Positions 6,941 through 8,862 of a stretch of DNA of 8,862 bases are shown piece after piece. Under the pieces are notes generated by a model that did not search any database, was not told where the DNA came from, and saw only the letters and a list, made by a program, of their open reading frames with translations. Source of the DNA: Octopus sinensis (Eukaryota); contig NW_021828265.1 of assembly GCF_006345805.1 (NCBI RefSeq), positions 1 through 8,862 on the forward strand, written 5' to 3'. The position numbers and the translations under genes were made by a program. The stretch's first letter is position 1; every line of letters starts with the position of its first letter.

Positions 6941-7289
6941 AGGCACTGAGCCACGAAGCCTGCTGTCCTTCCTTATAGCTACAATTAATAACCACTCATC
7001 ACTGTTTTGGGGACTTTTTCCTCTCACGTTAGCTATAAATGGTCCTTAGTTATAAAAAGTATCAATTTATCCTTAGTATCAAATACGTTCGACCAAACAT
7101 GTACTCACTCAATTACATGGACACACATACACACACACACATGCACTCATTGATACTGTCTTTCTCACACACACGCACTTTTTCTCTTTCAAACCCCCAC
7201 ACATTTCTAGTGTGTATATATATATCAGTAAATATTTCTTGTAAATACAACTACGTGACTATCTCTCTCTTTCTCCACTTTATCTCTGT

Positions 7290-7530
7290 ATATATACACT
7301 GACATACACATACATACAAACAAACATACATACATACATACATACATACATACATACATACGTACGTACATACATACATACATACATACATACGTACATA
7401 CGTACATACATACCTACATACGTACATACGTACATACATACAAAAAACACACACACATATATATATGTGTATATATATATATAAATAATATATATATATA
7501 TATATATATACATGCATACATGTATACATA

Positions 7531-7584
<54 letters not shown>

Positions 7585-7593
7585 TATATATAT
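7290..7593. repeat. (CATA)n / (CA)n / (TA)n compound microsatellite
   Basis: (cata)n with cgta variants at about 7311-7440, followed by ca and ta runs. Confidence 0.95.
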
Positions 7594-7722
7594 ACTTTTA
7601 CTCTTTTACTTGTTTCAGTCATTTGACTGTGGCCATGCTGGGGCAAAGGATTTAGTCCAGCAAATCGACCCCAGGACTTATTCTATTGGTTCTTTTGACG
7701 AACCGCTAAGTTACGGAGACGT
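7594..7722 (-). mobile_element. SINE F1 3' fragment, minus strand, with an internal deletion
   Basis: Reverse complement of about 4490-4640 (ctcttttacttgtttcagtcatttgactgtggccatgctgg...gaaccgctaagttac). Confidence 0.9.
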
Positions 7723-7802
7723 GATATATGTATATATATATATAGATATAGGCATATACAAATTAGCAGACAAACGTTCTGGTAGTGCACAGTGAGATAA
7801 AA

Positions 7803-7937
7803 TCTTTTCTATTCTAGGCACAAGGCCCGAAATTTTGGGGGAGGGGGCCAGATGACTAGATCGATCCCAGTACGCAACTGGTATTAATATATCGATATCG
7901 AAAGAATGAACGGCAAAGTCGATCTCGGCAGAATTTG
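7803..7937 (-). mobile_element. SINE F2-related body with a different 3' end (other subfamily), minus strand
   Basis: Reverse complement caaattctgccgagatcgactttgccgttcattctttcgatatcgatatattaataccagttgcgtactgggatcgat aligns to 4766-4843 and 4982-5059. It then diverges into ggccccctcccccaaaatttcgggccttgtgcctagaatagaaaag. Confidence 0.85.
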
Positions 7938-8000
7938 GGGACTGAACCCGGAACTGTGGTTGGTAAGCAAGCTACTTACCACACAGCCACTCCTGCACCT
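7938..8000 (-). mobile_element. SINE F1 tRNA-like head only, minus strand, abutting the F2 body
   Basis: Reverse complement aggtgcaggagtggctgtgtggtaagtagcttgcttaccaaccacagttccgggttcagtccc matches 4235-4298 with 4 substitutions and a 2 nt gap. Confidence 0.92.
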
Positions 8001-8415
8001 ATGGTTGCTATTTCTAGTAAATCGAGTAACCCCGAAGAGGCCTAAGTACTAATGGAATCGAGCGCGCTTGTAGTGAAATTGTGAACCTTGGAAGGGGTTA
8101 CAAACGACGTAGAGTGGATAACCACCTCAAACAATGTGGACACACTTATAGACTCATTAAGTTTCCCACTCATTTCTTTTCAACACCTCACCCCATCATT
8201 CCGCACCACTCCACGCCGCTACTTGGTCCTGTTAACAGTACTTTAAGTTAACAGTACAATCCTTTTGTTGTAGTGTTGGCCACGTTCAGCCCTGATCGAG
8301 CATATCTGTGTATCACTTTTGTCGTTGTCCACTCTGGCGTGTCAAAACGCTCCGGTTGTTGACAGAGCAATATGCCATTGGTCAGAGAAAATATGTGGCA
8401 GACGAAACCACTACT

Positions 8416-8551
8416 TATGTATGTATGTATGTATGTATGTAGTATGTATGTATGTATGTATGTATGTATGTATATTTGTGTGTGTATGTATGTATGTATG
8501 TATGTATGTATGTATGTATATATGTATGTATGTATATTTGTGTGTGAATGC

Positions 8552-8582
<31 letters not shown>

Positions 8583-8862
8583 TGTATCTATGTATCTATG
8601 TATATTTGTGTGTGTGTGTGTGTGTGAATGTATATGTATGTATGTTTGTATGTGTGCGTATGTATGTGTATGTATGCATGTATATACGTGTGTGTGTATG
8701 TATGCATGTGTGTTTATAATTGTATGTATGTATTTATGTGTATGTGTGTGCATGTATGTAAGTGTGTATATGTATGTACTTATGTATGTATATATATGTG
8801 TATTTATGTATGTGTGTATGTATATATGTGTGTGCGTGTGTGTATAATTGTGTGCAAGTATG
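8416..8862. repeat. (TATG)n/(TG)n microsatellite field running off the window end
   Basis: Long tatg arrays grading into degenerate tg/tatg. Confidence 0.95.

Noticed and set aside
6973-7038. 9 bp inverted repeat ttatagcta/tagctataa around 48 bp
   Set aside because: Short and AT-rich with no TSD; too weak to call a MITE.
8231-8257. 11 bp direct repeat gttaacagtac twice
   Set aside because: Small local slippage duplication enclosing only 5 bp.
8001-8310. Short segments that look like fragments of further cephalopod repeats (8001-8075; 8265-8305 with a ttgttgtagtgtt tail-like run)
   Set aside because: No second copy in the window and only vague recollection; not supportable without a library search.
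8310-8415. Minus-strand peptide GFVCHIF, reminiscent of the PTB-domain CHVF motif
   Set aside because: No usable splice sites, the following residues do not fit the PTB C-terminal helix, and the frame starts in a microsatellite.

Overview
Eukaryotic non-coding (intronic or intergenic) DNA. It is AT-rich, with a large share of di-, tri- and tetranucleotide microsatellites, and is packed with retroposon remnants. The SINE sequences and the extreme simple-repeat load look like a coleoid cephalopod, most likely Octopus; this is recognition from memory, not a database result. I can support no host protein-coding exon. Nearly all ORFs in the supplied track are translated microsatellites or read through SINEs. 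Supported features are: at least three tRNA-derived SINE families (called F1, F2, F3 here because I cannot assign published names), one decayed CR1/L2-group LINE reverse-transcriptase fragment (about 5199-5709), an unclassified ~240 bp insert nested in a SINE's (TA)n tract, and many SSRs. I see no evidence of a new enzymatic or defence system. The best second-look items concern SINE modular evolution: an F1-head/F2-body chimera joined at the Pol III B box (7803-8000), an F2 dimer bounded by one 25 bp target-site duplication (4661-5154), a hairpin module shared by F1 and F2, and inverted SINE pairs that could form ADAR-type dsRNA if the region is transcribed.
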